DNA of 64,000 nucleotides from Marsupella aquatica (Eukaryota > Plantae > Marchantiophyta), in NCBI GenBank assembly GCA_973895155.1, contig OZ316892.1:9280283-9344282 (forward strand), given 5' to 3'. Below are positions 1 to 11,085 of this stretch, piece by piece. The notes under the pieces were generated by a model. It was given only the letters and a program-made list of their open reading frames with translations. It had not been told where the DNA came from and ran no database searches. The position numbers and the translations under genes were made by a program. Position 1 is the stretch's first letter. Every line of letters begins with the position of its first letter.

Positions 1-602
1 CTCCTTAGACATAAGTCAAAATGAAAAGACTTAAGGATTCAAATCCACGTTTGCTTTTCAGATCTAAAATGCTTACTAGAGTACCTTTTAAAATGCCGTA
101 AACATGTCTTATCCTTTCTTTCTAAGTGGTACTCAGTTAAAATCTAAAAGGTAGCTACTTCAACATTTAGATGGTACTAAGCAACATGAAAGAAAATCCA
201 TCAATTTCAAATAAGACTTAAACTCAGTGAGTTAACTTCAAGAACTCAAGAGATTGCAATGAATCACCAAAAAGGAATCTATCATTACAACTCAAAAGAT
301 TTGCACAAAAGGAATTTTACTTCCTGTGTTTATAATCATAGGTAAAAACACAAGAAGGAGGTAAGTCTCTCCAAATGTTAAACCTGATCTCGAACTCATA
401 GATTCATGATCAACTAGTTTAACACAAGGAAAAGGCAAAAATGCATAACTTAACCATAAACTACACTAGTGGTGGAGGGGTCTTATAGTAAAAACCTACA
501 GGGTAAGAGGTCATAGGGTCGAAGAGACATGCCTCTTCATACTCCTCAAAAAGTCAAAACAGTGATTCAGTAAGTGAAAAGCCGAGAAATGGCTAAGTAA
601 GA

Positions 603-675
603 ACCCGTAAAAGCGTAAAAGCGTAAAGACGTAAACTCGTAAAAGCATAAAAACGTAAAGGCGTAATCCGGTAAA
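603..675 (+). repeat. Degenerate CGTAAA short tandem array; a similar array lies at ~3465-3615
   Basis: CCCGTAAAAGCGTAAAAGCGTAAAGACGTAAACTCGTAAA... read directly, with the same CGTAA unit at 3465-3615. Confidence 0.8.
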
Positions 676-1046
676 TGCGGTAGACTTAAAGACTTACCAA
701 ATTCAACTATTTTTAACTTTCTACTCCTGGCTCGGAAAATTCTGAAATTTTGCCAGTGAGTTTCTCTACGTATAGACTATGTACTAAAGGAGTTTCATAG
801 CTTTTAAAGCTCTAGAACACATTTTGAAAAATAGGGAAAGATGCACTACTCTTAAAACTAATTAAAACACTTAGATTCTGCCTCAAGCTTGTTGTCGGAT
901 GTTGTCTGGTTCGAGTAGCTCCACTGCTGTGACAGTTCGATTCTGTGTAACTTCCATCAGCTCAGCTTGGCGTGAGGATCCTCGAGAGTAGGGTAGGCAT
1001 CTCAATTGCCTTTCAGGATACATCAGGGGCATTCTTCTCCTTCTAT

Positions 1047-3299
1047 TCAAAGAGCTTCTCTATATATCCCAATCACGTCATAATTATTGCAAGTAGCAGC
1101 ATATACTTGAGGATAATGGTATAGAAATTCATCAGAGTTCAGCATCCTAGAATAGAAAGGGTGAAGCCTCCATTTGACATCTCTGAAATACCGGTTGAAG
1201 TTGGCTAGAGTTTGAGAGGTGACATTGTTCCAGATCCTCTGTTTCTCAGCTAATGAACTAGTTGAAACAAGGGTAACCTTGGGCTCTCGAGGAAGGTAAG
1301 CGTTCTGGGGAGAAGTAGATTTCTTACTCTGCATGAGAAAAGAAATCACAAAATCTAGGGCATAAGCTGCTAAATTTCCAAAATAGGCTAGGGCTAAATC
1401 TGGATCCTCCACTTCTACATCACCCTGAAGTAGCATCACAGCAAGAATGAGTCGGAAGTAGAGAGAGTCAGTCCAGAACTCGTCGAATTGTGCCATCTCC
1501 ACTCTGGAAGTTCCAAAACACCTGAGGTCGAAGATATAACTGGCCTCTGTCTTCTTGAGATAGTAGTATTTCCAAAATTCTCCAACCAGTGGTCTGTTGG
1601 CCTGCATAATCTTACAGGTCTCCACATACCTGTGCACTTGGGACTCTGGATGTCTCGGGTATCTACTCTCGATGGTGGCATTCCGAGGTGTTTGAGTAGA
1701 TGAGGTGACAACTGCTACTAAGTTTGGATGGGATCTTAAGGCAGTATCAACATCTTCAAATCCCTGCCTTGGGGATGACTCAAGAGAATTATCATAAGAT
1801 CTATAAGTTTCACCATCTGAGGGTGGATCGGAGTCTTCAGGTATATCCTCTCTGACGTAAGGGTGTTCATATTGTGTCCGATTGTAGGTGGGTCCTTCTG
1901 TGGGTTTGTAGTTGGAATCAGGGCTGTAGGGTTGCGAACCTGGGCTAGGAGTGGGACTAGCAGTTGGACATTGTTGGATCAAGTTGCGGACCACAGATGC
2001 TATCTGTCGAGGTTCACACTGTAGTAGTTCTAACAAGTCATCCACAATGGCCACACAGCTGATACTATCTGTTACTGGAATAGGCTCACTTGTTTCTAGG
2101 GGAGGGGGCTGTACAGTGACAGGAGTACAGATCACAAACTCCATTGGTGCTGGTTCTCTTGGGGGAGAGGTTATTCTGATAGGGCTTAGCTGATCATGAA
2201 ATGGTGATCCCAAACTAACAGCCTCCATTCTCAAATTAGTAACAGCATCATATAGTCCATCATCACTGCAACTGAGGAGAGATATCAACTTATCAATAAG
2301 CTGCTGATTCGACTCTGCCTTCAAAGGAGTGGACCTGGTGGTCTCATGAGGAGTAGCATCAGTTGGTGTAGCAACATCGTCTTGTTGATGAATGCTCCTT
2401 ACTTCTTCAGCTTCTAGTGCATCTGCATCCATAGTCTGGCTAGGGAAATTCTCATTACTTATTGATTGACAAACAACTTCCCTGCTATGCATAGGAGAAT
2501 GTGTAGGGATTTCTAATGAAGTATCCTCCATAGGAACATCAGCATTCTCCTCAACGTTCTGATCATTCGAATTCAATGGGGTGACATGTACAATGTCCTC
2601 CATAGGAATTTCTTCTTCAATACCCAAGTCAATCAGGAGTAACCCCCTCTCTGTCTCTTCCTCCAGATATAAACAGTCATGAGTATAATAGAGTTGAGAG
2701 AGATAATTCTGTAAACAAGTGGTCCTCCCTGCTTCCAAGCTCCTTACTTGATCCTTCATTACATTAAACAGAAGTAGGGCCCAATTTACTTTTATAGCTC
2801 CACTGTGAGCAGCTACAATGGTGTTAGCCAAGGCCACAGGACAGAGAGTTGGCTTTTTCGGATGAAGAATGGGTACTAGAAATTCCATGAGCACTCTCAA
2901 TTCAGGATAAGTACATTGGGACAAGTTCCAACCATTCTTGGCATTTCGAGTTCCTGAGAAGTATGGAGCAGATAAGTCCTGCTTCTTGGAATATAATGCC
3001 TCTCCTTCTGACGGGCATCCAAAGGCGTAAGCAATTTGCTCAACAGTCCACAGGCTGGGGTGAGCTCGAATCGTTTGCCTGAATTCAATCGGGATGATAG
3101 TCCCCTTCACAAAATCCTGCAAGTAGGAGTCGAGCTCAACATTCCAGGGGATCCTGAGCAAGCGCTCCAATCCTAAGTGCTGTAAAGAGTCTTGTAAATT
3201 AGAAAGACTATCAGGCGCTCGTGGTATACGAGCTGCCACTACTTTTGAGACTGCTAGAGCTTCAATTTGATACTGTTCCTCAGCACCCAGGTTCGCCAT
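1047..3299 (-). CDS. Retroelement-associated protein of unknown function (~750 aa from the first ATG; ORF open from 3431)
   Basis: Intact, intronless ORF. Folded-looking N-terminal block (FLVPILHPKKPT...LANTIVAA...VNWALL), long acidic/Pro-rich linker and folded-looking C-terminus. No RT, integrase or protease motifs seen. Confidence 0.65.
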   Translation of the reverse strand: MANLGAEEQYQIEALAVSKVVAARIPRAPDSLSNLQDSLQHLGLERLLRIPWNVELDSYLQDFVKGTIIPIEFRQTIRAHPSLWTVEQIAYAFGCPSEGEALYSKKQDLSAPYFSGTRNAKNGWNLSQCTYPELRVLMEFLVPILHPKKPTLCPVALANTIVAAHSGAIKVNWALLLFNVMKDQVRSLEAGRTTCLQNYLSQLYYTHDCLYLEEETERGLLLIDLGIEEEIPMEDIVHVTPLNSNDQNVEENADVPMEDTSLEIPTHSPMHSREVVCQSISNENFPSQTMDADALEAEEVRSIHQQDDVATPTDATPHETTRSTPLKAESNQQLIDKLISLLSCSDDGLYDAVTNLRMEAVSLGSPFHDQLSPIRITSPPREPAPMEFVICTPVTVQPPPLETSEPIPVTDSISCVAIVDDLLELLQCEPRQIASVVRNLIQQCPTASPTPSPGSQPYSPDSNYKPTEGPTYNRTQYEHPYVREDIPEDSDPPSDGETYRSYDNSLESSPRQGFEDVDTALRSHPNLVAVVTSSTQTPRNATIESRYPRHPESQVHRYVETCKIMQANRPLVGEFWKYYYLKKTEASYIFDLRCFGTSRVEMAQFDEFWTDSLYFRLILAVMLLQGDVEVEDPDLALAYFGNLAAYALDFVISFLMQSKKSTSPQNAYLPREPKVTLVSTSSLAEKQRIWNNVTSQTLANFNRYFRDVKWRLHPFYSRMLNSDEFLYHYPQVYAATCNNYDVIGIYREAL

Positions 3300-5799
3300 A
3301 GCTGCAACGGTGATTTGCGTGCTGCGAAGGTTGCTTTCGAAGAGAAAGAGCAAGTGAATAGGGGTGGTGAAAATACAGGAGTGAGCGCCTGATCTCTGTG
3401 CTTGATTCCTATCAAGGTATGAAGTCCCCAATCCGTTTCTAAGTCCCGTTGCGAAGTTAGCCGTAGCGACGTAACGTGAACTTTCCTTAAATGCGTAGGG
3501 CGTAAGCCATAATCCCGTATTGGCGTAAACTTGTAACAGCGTAAACCCGTAAACCCGTAAACACGTAACTCTCTTACGCGTAAATGCATAATCCCGTTAT
3601 AAAGTATACCCGTAGTTTACACTTGGCATTTTAACAGCAACAGCATGCTTAAATACTGTAAAAAGTTTAAATTTTTCAGTAATTTCAGATTTTGGGTATT
3701 ACCCAATACTCACAAGTTCCATAGGGCATTCATCCCTTTCACATCAGATAATTTAGACTGTTTCTCCCCTGCATTGGCAAATGGCAATGCCACATCTACA
3801 AACACTTCAATCACACGCACTCGCAAGAAAGGGGTTTCAAAATCTGCACAATGAAACTTATCTTCTCCTGGCAGCCCTGTCACCTCACCTTCTGCCACTA
3901 TCATGGAATTGTCCACAACGCTCTTCATCTTCACCAAATCTCCTCTTGCAAACTGTGAACAACACATTTTGTTAAAAATGCAATAAACAGAAATTGAAAG
4001 ATAGAAGAACACTCAAATCAAACACACATTTACCTTTGCAATGGGGTTAGGAGACTGCATTGGTTTCTTCTGTGCAGGTGATGCATTTGCTAAAGATCCT
4101 TTCTTCCTTTTCTTCTTTCCCTTTCTAGTTGATGGAGTGTCATCATGCTCACTTGGAACAGGAGTTTCTTTTGGCAACTCAGATGATTCTGGGGTTACAT
4201 TTGGTGTCAACTGAGTCGACTTATCCTCTGGTAACTGAAAGGCATCTGAAATGGCTTCTTTGGGCAACTTAGATGGCAAAAGGTTCACTTCCAATTCAGT
4301 TTGCTTCAGAGTACTGTTAGCTGTGTCAGTTGGTCTTCCCTGCGACACAGGAGGCTCCCCTAAAGATGCTGTCATAAAACACATACAAGAGAAATGCATA
4401 AACAAACATGTATACACCAGCAACATATAATCACACTAGAACATGCAAGAACATTATAAACATACAATGACATATATACACCACAATAATTACATTGAAT
4501 TGACAGTGAATAGATGATAGAGAATTTTACCTCCATTATCACCTGAAAAAGTAAGAGATCGTTTTCTACTACCTTCTTTGGTAGCTGTAGTCAACTTATT
4601 GTGACTAGGAACAAATGTTGGAACTTGTGCATTACTGGAGTGATGTGCCATCCATATAGTCATCATGTTTGTCAACTCCTTCACAGTGCCTTTCAACTCA
4701 TCGACATCCAATTTGACAGCCCCAATGGCAGTGATCTCTTCTTTTGAATGTGGGGTCTGTAAATGAACCACAAACCAACACAACATTCTCACTGTCAAAC
4801 TAACAAACGACACAACACTCTATCAAATGGAAAATGATGTACAAATCAGATTGGAATGGCAATACTCACAGCTGATCCATGTCTGTATCCTTGCCCCAGT
4901 AAGCTAGCGCTTTTACCCTCCCCACTTGCCAATGACGGGCTCATCTTTGCTCCCAAAAAACTACCAGTCTGACCTTCTGCACTTGCCAATGATGGGCTCA
5001 TTGTCACCTTTGGCAATGAGCCCTGACTACCAAGGTTTTCTTTCAGGTCAGATATACCTGGGCTTGATCCTCTCTTCTGCTTCTGTTCAAACACACAATG
5101 AATGAGAAACTCAGAGTCTGTTTTCATCAAGATTCACAAACAAGACAGAATTGAGTGAAAATGATATAGACAGTTTACCATTCTCTTTGCTGCTGCAGCA
5201 TGCCCTCCTCTACCAAAGTGACTGGTATCTTGCACTCGTGCTCTTTTATCAGTCATCTGTTTACTCAAAGATATCAATGCTGGACTGGTGAAATGAGATA
5301 CCAAAGCTGCCCATTTCTTTGGATCAACACCAGATGGCCCAGGTTTGGTTGGATCCTCATTGCAAACTTTCTTCCAGTAAACATGCATTTTATGGCGCTC
5401 TCTCTTCAATATGCCACGACAATGACTCTGGAATTTTGTGACGGGTACCCCGTCACGGGAAGTCACACATAACTGGTTGCAAAGGCCGATACCTTGTTAA
5501 TAGTCAATGTAAATAAGCCATTTTTTAATTTTTAGTTAATTCCGTCATTATAGGTTGATGATGCCCCAGGTGACTTTATATTCTTTCTCTCATAATAGTT
5601 CTAAGATTTGCGGCGACCTAAGTGGGCAAATATTTTGGGACCTTGAAACTAGCCAGGACCAGCCCCATAGGACTTACCGTTTTGCTTCAAGAGCTATTGT
5701 TGAGACCCCCATTGCAAAGTCAGGAGAGGGGGGGGTTTTTTTTTTAAATAAATCCCTCCTCAGGAGGGCGAGTCCCATTAGTGGCCGTCCGAGAGAAAG

Positions 5800-6172
5800 A
5801 GGGGCTGCCTCGCGAGCCCATAGGGCTGCGTGCCCGGGCGATTAATGGGGCTCCGCGAGCTGAAGGGGCTGCCTCGCGAGCCCATAGGGCTGCGTGCCCG
5901 GGCAATTAATGAGGCTCCGCGAGCTGAAGGAGCGCAAGCGAGCGGGGGGGGGGGAGTTAAAGGGCCTCCCGCGAGCTGGGAGGATCACGCGAGCGGGGGG
6001 GAGTTAAAGGGCCTCCCGCGAGCTGGGAGGATCACACGAGCGGGGGGGAGTTAAAGGGCCTCCCGCGAGCTGGGAGGATCACGCGAGCGGGGGGGAGTTA
6101 AAGGGCCTCCCGCGAGCTGGGAGGATCACGCGAGCGGGGGGGAGTTGAAGGGCCTCCCGCGAGCCGGGAGGA
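5800..6172 (+). repeat. GC-rich tandem repeats inside the solo LTR: ~60 bp x2, then 47 bp x~5
   Basis: GAGTT(A/G)AAGGGCCTCCCGCGAGC recurs at ~5954, 6001, 6048, 6095 and 6142. Confidence 0.9.
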
Positions 6173-6601
6173 ATGGCCGCGCGCCCTGCATAGGGCCGCG
6201 CGCAGGAGGACGCAAGGGTAAGGCCCGAGAAATGGGCCGGGGCGCATGGCGAAGGCGCCAGGAGTTTTTTCGGTTCTATTTTTTTTTTTTTTTCCTTCCT
6301 TTTTCTTTCCCTCTTCCTTTTGCACGACCCTCTCATTGCCGAAAGCAAAAACGGGGTTCTTCTCTCTCTTGCCGGAAGCTCTCTCCAGATTCTAATTATT
6401 TTTGAAGCTCTCTCTTTCATGGTGGATTAGTGGGGCTTGCTGGCGTCATTCTTCCAGGCATTAGTGGCGGCCGCACGGAGTAGTGACGGGAAATTGAGAG
6501 AATTTAAGTGATCGGGCTACGGGGGCTGTTTCGGGCCAGGGAATTGACATTGCCACGGGTGACGGGATTGGTGATTGAGAAATTGATTTCGGGATGCATG
6601 G

Positions 6602-8458
6602 ATGCTAGATCAACCAGAGTTTAGTGCGTCACGCATTCGGAGATACAAGGCTGCTTACCGTGACTACGTGGAGACTCGGATTACACGGGAAAGGGAAGAG
6701 AGAGAAGTTATGATGAGCACGGGATTGGCAGCGGGTTCCTCACCGGTGGGTAGGAAGATTTTTCGTCGAATTTATCCCAAGACCTCCACCAAGGTGATGG
6801 AGGATTGTCGGAACATTTTCCAAGCCACCGGGCTTACAGAATTCATGAAGGTGGAGATTACCATCCCTTCAGGGAAGAGCTGGGACATTGAGGCCGGGAT
6901 GGAGTTCCGAACGGAGGGAATCTACTTTGAATGTCTCAAACGTGTAGTGCCCCATGTGGAGTTGGCTAAGCTATTGTTTCTTGAGAATCAGAAATTCTCA
7001 TTCACACCTCGGAATATCAGGGGAGAACTCACGTTGAAAATGGTGGCCACTTGGGTGACCAATCCTACCTCCACCACCGCCATCCCTCTTTCTGCTGTCA
7101 AGGATGTTGAGTATAAGGGCTTCCTGGCCAAGGTGCATCAACGGGTTCTTGGCAACGTGCAATCCGGAGTGCTGAATGAGGAGCATTTCGTGGTAGCTAT
7201 GGACATCAAGAACTACCCAGCCCATGTGTACGGATGGTGGTGCTACGGATTGAAGAAGCTATTGGCCGCTGAGCCCGGGAGTGTGAAACCAGGTGGGGCT
7301 GTACATTTGATGGGGTCATTTGTATTGGCCAGGGCAGAAGGGTTGATTGGTTCTCCGGGGCATGAAGACACGGGATCATCTCTCACCACGGAGATCCGGA
7401 GTATTGCCACTACCGTTTTAGGGAAGCTCACGGAGGAATCATTGTCTGCTGGTGGGGAGGATAATAGAGAAGAAGAGAACCAGGAGGATGATTGCACATT
7501 GGAGTGGCTTGAATCACTCGTGGGAGATCCGAAACAGCCTCTGGAATACAACATTCCGGATGTTTACTTGGCAGAGCTACGGGATTTCAGAGAGGGAGTC
7601 CACGAGGGACTCAAGCTAGTCCACGCATTGAGGGAGTCTCTCAAGCACGCCACAGTCAAAGTAGAGACGTTAGAGCAGAGCATCCTGTCACTGAAGGAGG
7701 TGATCAAGACCAAGGAGCAGACCATTCATGAGAAGGTCAGGCACATCAATGCAGCTCACGTAGAGATCACCAACTTGAAGGGAGCTTTGTCCACCAAGGC
7801 CAAGGAAGCAGAAGAAGTAGGAGCGTTGAGGCAAGCATTGGCCAAAGAGAAGCAAAATTCTGGAGAAGTGATGGAGTGGAGGAACCAGGTGGGAGCACTA
7901 CGGAGTCAGGTGGCAGCCTTTGAGACACGAGCGAAGAGAAGTGAGGCCCTGAGTCTAGGGAAACGGAAGAGTCCCGGCACACCTGGCTCCACACTTTCCC
8001 CGGATGTGATCTCCCAAGCTATCGAGATGGTGGTGAAGGAGGTTAGTGGGAAGTATGGACCCTTGTTGGATGGAGCCAAGAAGAGTCAGGAGAAGAGTAA
8101 GAGCTTGGAGAAGAAGCTCCGGGAGGTACGGAAATCGTTACGGGAGGCTCAGGTCAGTACGGGGATGCCACCCAGGTCTGTCACCCCCGGGACTCCCATG
8201 GCCACGGGGCAAGTTCTACCGTTGGAGTTGCGGTCCGGAGAAGAGGCTACCCTCTGGAAGGACACAATTGGTGAGGGGTACATCAAGGCGTGGCAGGCCT
8301 TGGCTGCTTTGAGGAAGCGCGGGAGCAGCAGCACTAAGAGTACTCCGTCGAAGAAGAAGAAAAGTACGGTGGCACTCACTCCCGTGAGTGATGAGGAGGA
8401 GGACCACTCACGGGGCACAAGTCCGGGCACCGAGAGCGAAGAAGAAGAGGAGGATTAG
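6602..8458 (+). CDS. 618-aa protein of unknown function encoded within the solo-LTR-like element (coiled-coil C-terminal half, Lys-rich NLS-like and acidic tail)
   Basis: Uninterrupted, intronless ATG-TAG ORF. Heptad-like segment ~aa 330-520 and PSKKKK near the C-terminus. Confidence 0.75.
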   Translation: MLDQPEFSASRIRRYKAAYRDYVETRITREREEREVMMSTGLAAGSSPVGRKIFRRIYPKTSTKVMEDCRNIFQATGLTEFMKVEITIPSGKSWDIEAGMEFRTEGIYFECLKRVVPHVELAKLLFLENQKFSFTPRNIRGELTLKMVATWVTNPTSTTAIPLSAVKDVEYKGFLAKVHQRVLGNVQSGVLNEEHFVVAMDIKNYPAHVYGWWCYGLKKLLAAEPGSVKPGGAVHLMGSFVLARAEGLIGSPGHEDTGSSLTTEIRSIATTVLGKLTEESLSAGGEDNREEENQEDDCTLEWLESLVGDPKQPLEYNIPDVYLAELRDFREGVHEGLKLVHALRESLKHATVKVETLEQSILSLKEVIKTKEQTIHEKVRHINAAHVEITNLKGALSTKAKEAEEVGALRQALAKEKQNSGEVMEWRNQVGALRSQVAAFETRAKRSEALSLGKRKSPGTPGSTLSPDVISQAIEMVVKEVSGKYGPLLDGAKKSQEKSKSLEKKLREVRKSLREAQVSTGMPPRSVTPGTPMATGQVLPLELRSGEEATLWKDTIGEGYIKAWQALAALRKRGSSSTKSTPSKKKKSTVALTPVSDEEEDHSRGTSPGTESEEEEED

Positions 8459-11085
8459 ATAGGCGTACGGACGTGGGTGTACGGCCTCCAGATTTCCAAC
8501 ATTTTAGTGGGGGGTCACTCATGGGCTTGTTGGGATGAGCTCGCGGAGCTGATTCCAACAAGAGGCGGCGCTCCTCAAACGGAGCCAGGATGAGCAAGTT
8601 ATGGCCTGGAGAACTTATGTTTTTGCGGTACGGAAACGGCCATAACTCAGGCGTCTGAAGTCCGTTGAGGGAGCGACTTAGTGATTCGGAAGCAGGAAAA
8701 GAAGAGCTATCCAGGGGTGAGCTCAGGTGTGCACTTGGAAGGGCACCTAGTTTCGGCCATTTTGGGGTGCCTCTCACTTTCAGGGTTCACGTGTACTGTT
8801 GGGGCGCCGTCGAAGGCACCGTCGGCCCCCTTGTTTTGGGTTTAGGGTTTTAGCAGCATGTGTGTGCCGCATGCTCCTCTTCAGTTTAAGGATTTCTCTT
8901 AGTGCAAGGTTTTAGCGGCGCCGCTAGGGTAGCCGCCACCGTTGTGACCCTGTGAGGGGTGCTTTGGTGTGATTTTTCAGTATTTAGGGGGATAGCCCCG
9001 AAGTAGTTAGGGGGACTCAGTGTGAAGTTAGCAAGGAGGGATAGAGTGGAGCCTGAGGAGTTTGAAAGCGTGTTCAGAGTAGTGAGGGGGAGCCATACTC
9101 ATTGTCCGGAGAGGCAGGAGTTGAGTAGACGGCAGGAGGCCGGGTTACTCATGCAATGTGTATCGTTTTTCCCAAGAGATATGGATCTGTACATTTGACT
9201 TGATGGGCTTTTGTTGTGTGTTCCTTCTCCCTTTTTCGCTTTCCGAATTGTGTTCTCCCGTTCTATGATTTGAAGAAACTTGCTTGGTTTGAGTCGGCCT
9301 TGTGAGTAGGGGTGGTGACAGCACTCTTTGGGTGACTCCGAGTGAAGGTGTAGTGGGGTAGTCGGCAGGACTTGATCAAAAGCTGTGGGGTGAGGGTAGT
9401 CGGTAGACTTGATCAAAACCTACATTTCCGGGAGCGGAAACCAAAATACTCATCCTGGTGTGAAAAGAATCCAAATAGCGTCCCTCCACGACCCCGTAAT
9501 ACGATACCAACGGTTTAAGCGAAGAAAAGTGCGGTTTGCACGTATTAACCGTTGGAGAGGCAAGTGACAAATTTGTTGTCAATAAATTCCCCACCCACAT
9601 ACTCCCACTCAGCTGCCATGTTCTTCCACACACTGGTTATATGAACTCGTGGATGATCAGTCCATTTTGGCTTTGATACATCAAAGATTCTGAGTACATT
9701 GCCACGAAGTTCCTCCAACCAATACTGTTTGTTGGGATCAGAATCATCAATATCATTGTCATAAATCTGCATTTCACATGCAATGTCAATTCATAACTCT
9801 GGAATTTATGCATAGTCCAGGTTTTATACACACAATAACAGAGAGGATCTATGTCTAAATCTACATTCAAAAAAAGTACAATACTCACTTTAATGTGTTT
9901 GGGCAAATCTCCCTGATTCCTTCGTACTTTGGCAGCATTATCAAACATCTTCTTAGCATGCCTTCGTTCCCTGCGCATCTCAGAGGCCCCGCCTGCAATG
10001 CACAGACATGCTTTCACTCAGAAAATATGTACATTGAAAAGTTGAGCAAATGCACTTGCATATGCATGACGAGCAGATTTGTATTACCTGAAGATCCTCT
10101 GGAATGTAGTACGTCAGATTGACCTGATCTGCCTTCAGATGCTGATGGAACCACTAAACAAACACACACCACCAAGCACTTCAGTGAATTTTAGGAAAAT
10201 GTAGAATATCAATTTCCAAACACACTGAAAAGGTATATCAGTACAATCCACTCACTTTCATATAACAGTCTAGTGTCTGGGTCTTTCCAACATCTCACCA
10301 GCCCACCTCCACCAGGCCCAGTCTTCTTAGGACCACGATTTTGTTTCTGTACCTACATCATGGACAACGTAGGCATATTAACAAATACTTTGAAACAAGG
10401 ACAAGGATTTAGGGTTTAGGATGATGAAGTTCAAGCATTACCTGCTGTTCACTCTCAGGTTCTGACCCTCCAATTTCAGAATCCTCAGTGTCATACCCAG
10501 CACTAGCATAGCCATCATCACCAGACTCTGCCATGTTCACCTTGGTAACTTGTGATAGTCTAGAGCTCCTCCTCTTTGGCAATGTTCCAGTTGAAGTACC
10601 TTTCACCAATGCAGGCTTTTCTCTCTGTCGTTGTACATGTGTGGTTGGGCCTCTAAGGAACAAAGCAATCATCAACATACACCAATGCAGATCAAACATA
10701 CATGCAAGCAGAATCTACAACACAGTAATAATGGTACTTATGTACAGGTTCCATACTAGTATGAGACCAATCTGGAATATGAAAACAGAACATGAACCTG
10801 ACAACTCCATATATCTACTGAATCAAATTTGCAACAGACATTTTAACACACACATCAGCATGCAGTCTAGCCCCAGTCCTAGATCACGCATAATGCTGAC
10901 ATTATGCTCTATGTTCCGCTTTCGGGCCTCCTCATAAGCATTCATAGGGTGTGACAACCCCTGCAATCTTCCTTTCACAGGCTGCATTCACCAACTGCAC
11001 AAATGGGCAAAACAGTAGTCTGATTTCATATATAGTCCATACATGTAGTCCATCTATGGACTTCACAATCACACCTAAAACCTAT

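Larger units (their letters stand above)
1..3636 (-). mobile_element. Terminal part of a probable LTR retrotransposon (LTR containing a long ORF); the other end lies outside the window
   Basis: Ends in ...GGCATTTTAACA at 3636 (TGTTAAAATGCC on minus), a typical LTR terminus. Composition changes abruptly to the CACTA gene 3' region after 3636. CGTAA-rich repeats flank the internal ORF. The TSD cannot be checked. Confidence 0.5.
5437..9569. mobile_element. 4133-bp solo-LTR-like insertion (TG...CA) with a 5-bp TSD AATTT
   Basis: Starts TGTGACGGG at 5437 and ends AAGTGACA at 9569. AATTT is present at 5432-5436 and 9570-9574. Excision restores the TnpA reading frame. No internal terminal direct repeats or gag-pol motifs seen. 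Confidence 0.85.
3710..10650 (-). pseudogene. TnpA/PttA-like multi-exon gene of the CACTA element, split by the 5437-9569 insertion
   Basis: Small exons with GT-AG boundaries. Removing the insertion restores ...EFIDNKF-QSHCRGILKRERH...KKWAALVSHFTSPALISLSKQMTDKRARVQDTSHFGRGG (En/Spm PttA-like). The last exon (IVAEGEVTGLPG...FHC...LRVRVIEVF) resembles the TNP1/EN/SPM C-terminal domain. Confidence 0.7.

Noticed and set aside
464-475. CACTAGTGGTGG as the missing left CACTA terminus
   Set aside because: It matches the 25311 TIR only for CACTAG, has no AAT TSD or ATGAC subterminal motifs, and lies inside the probable LTR.
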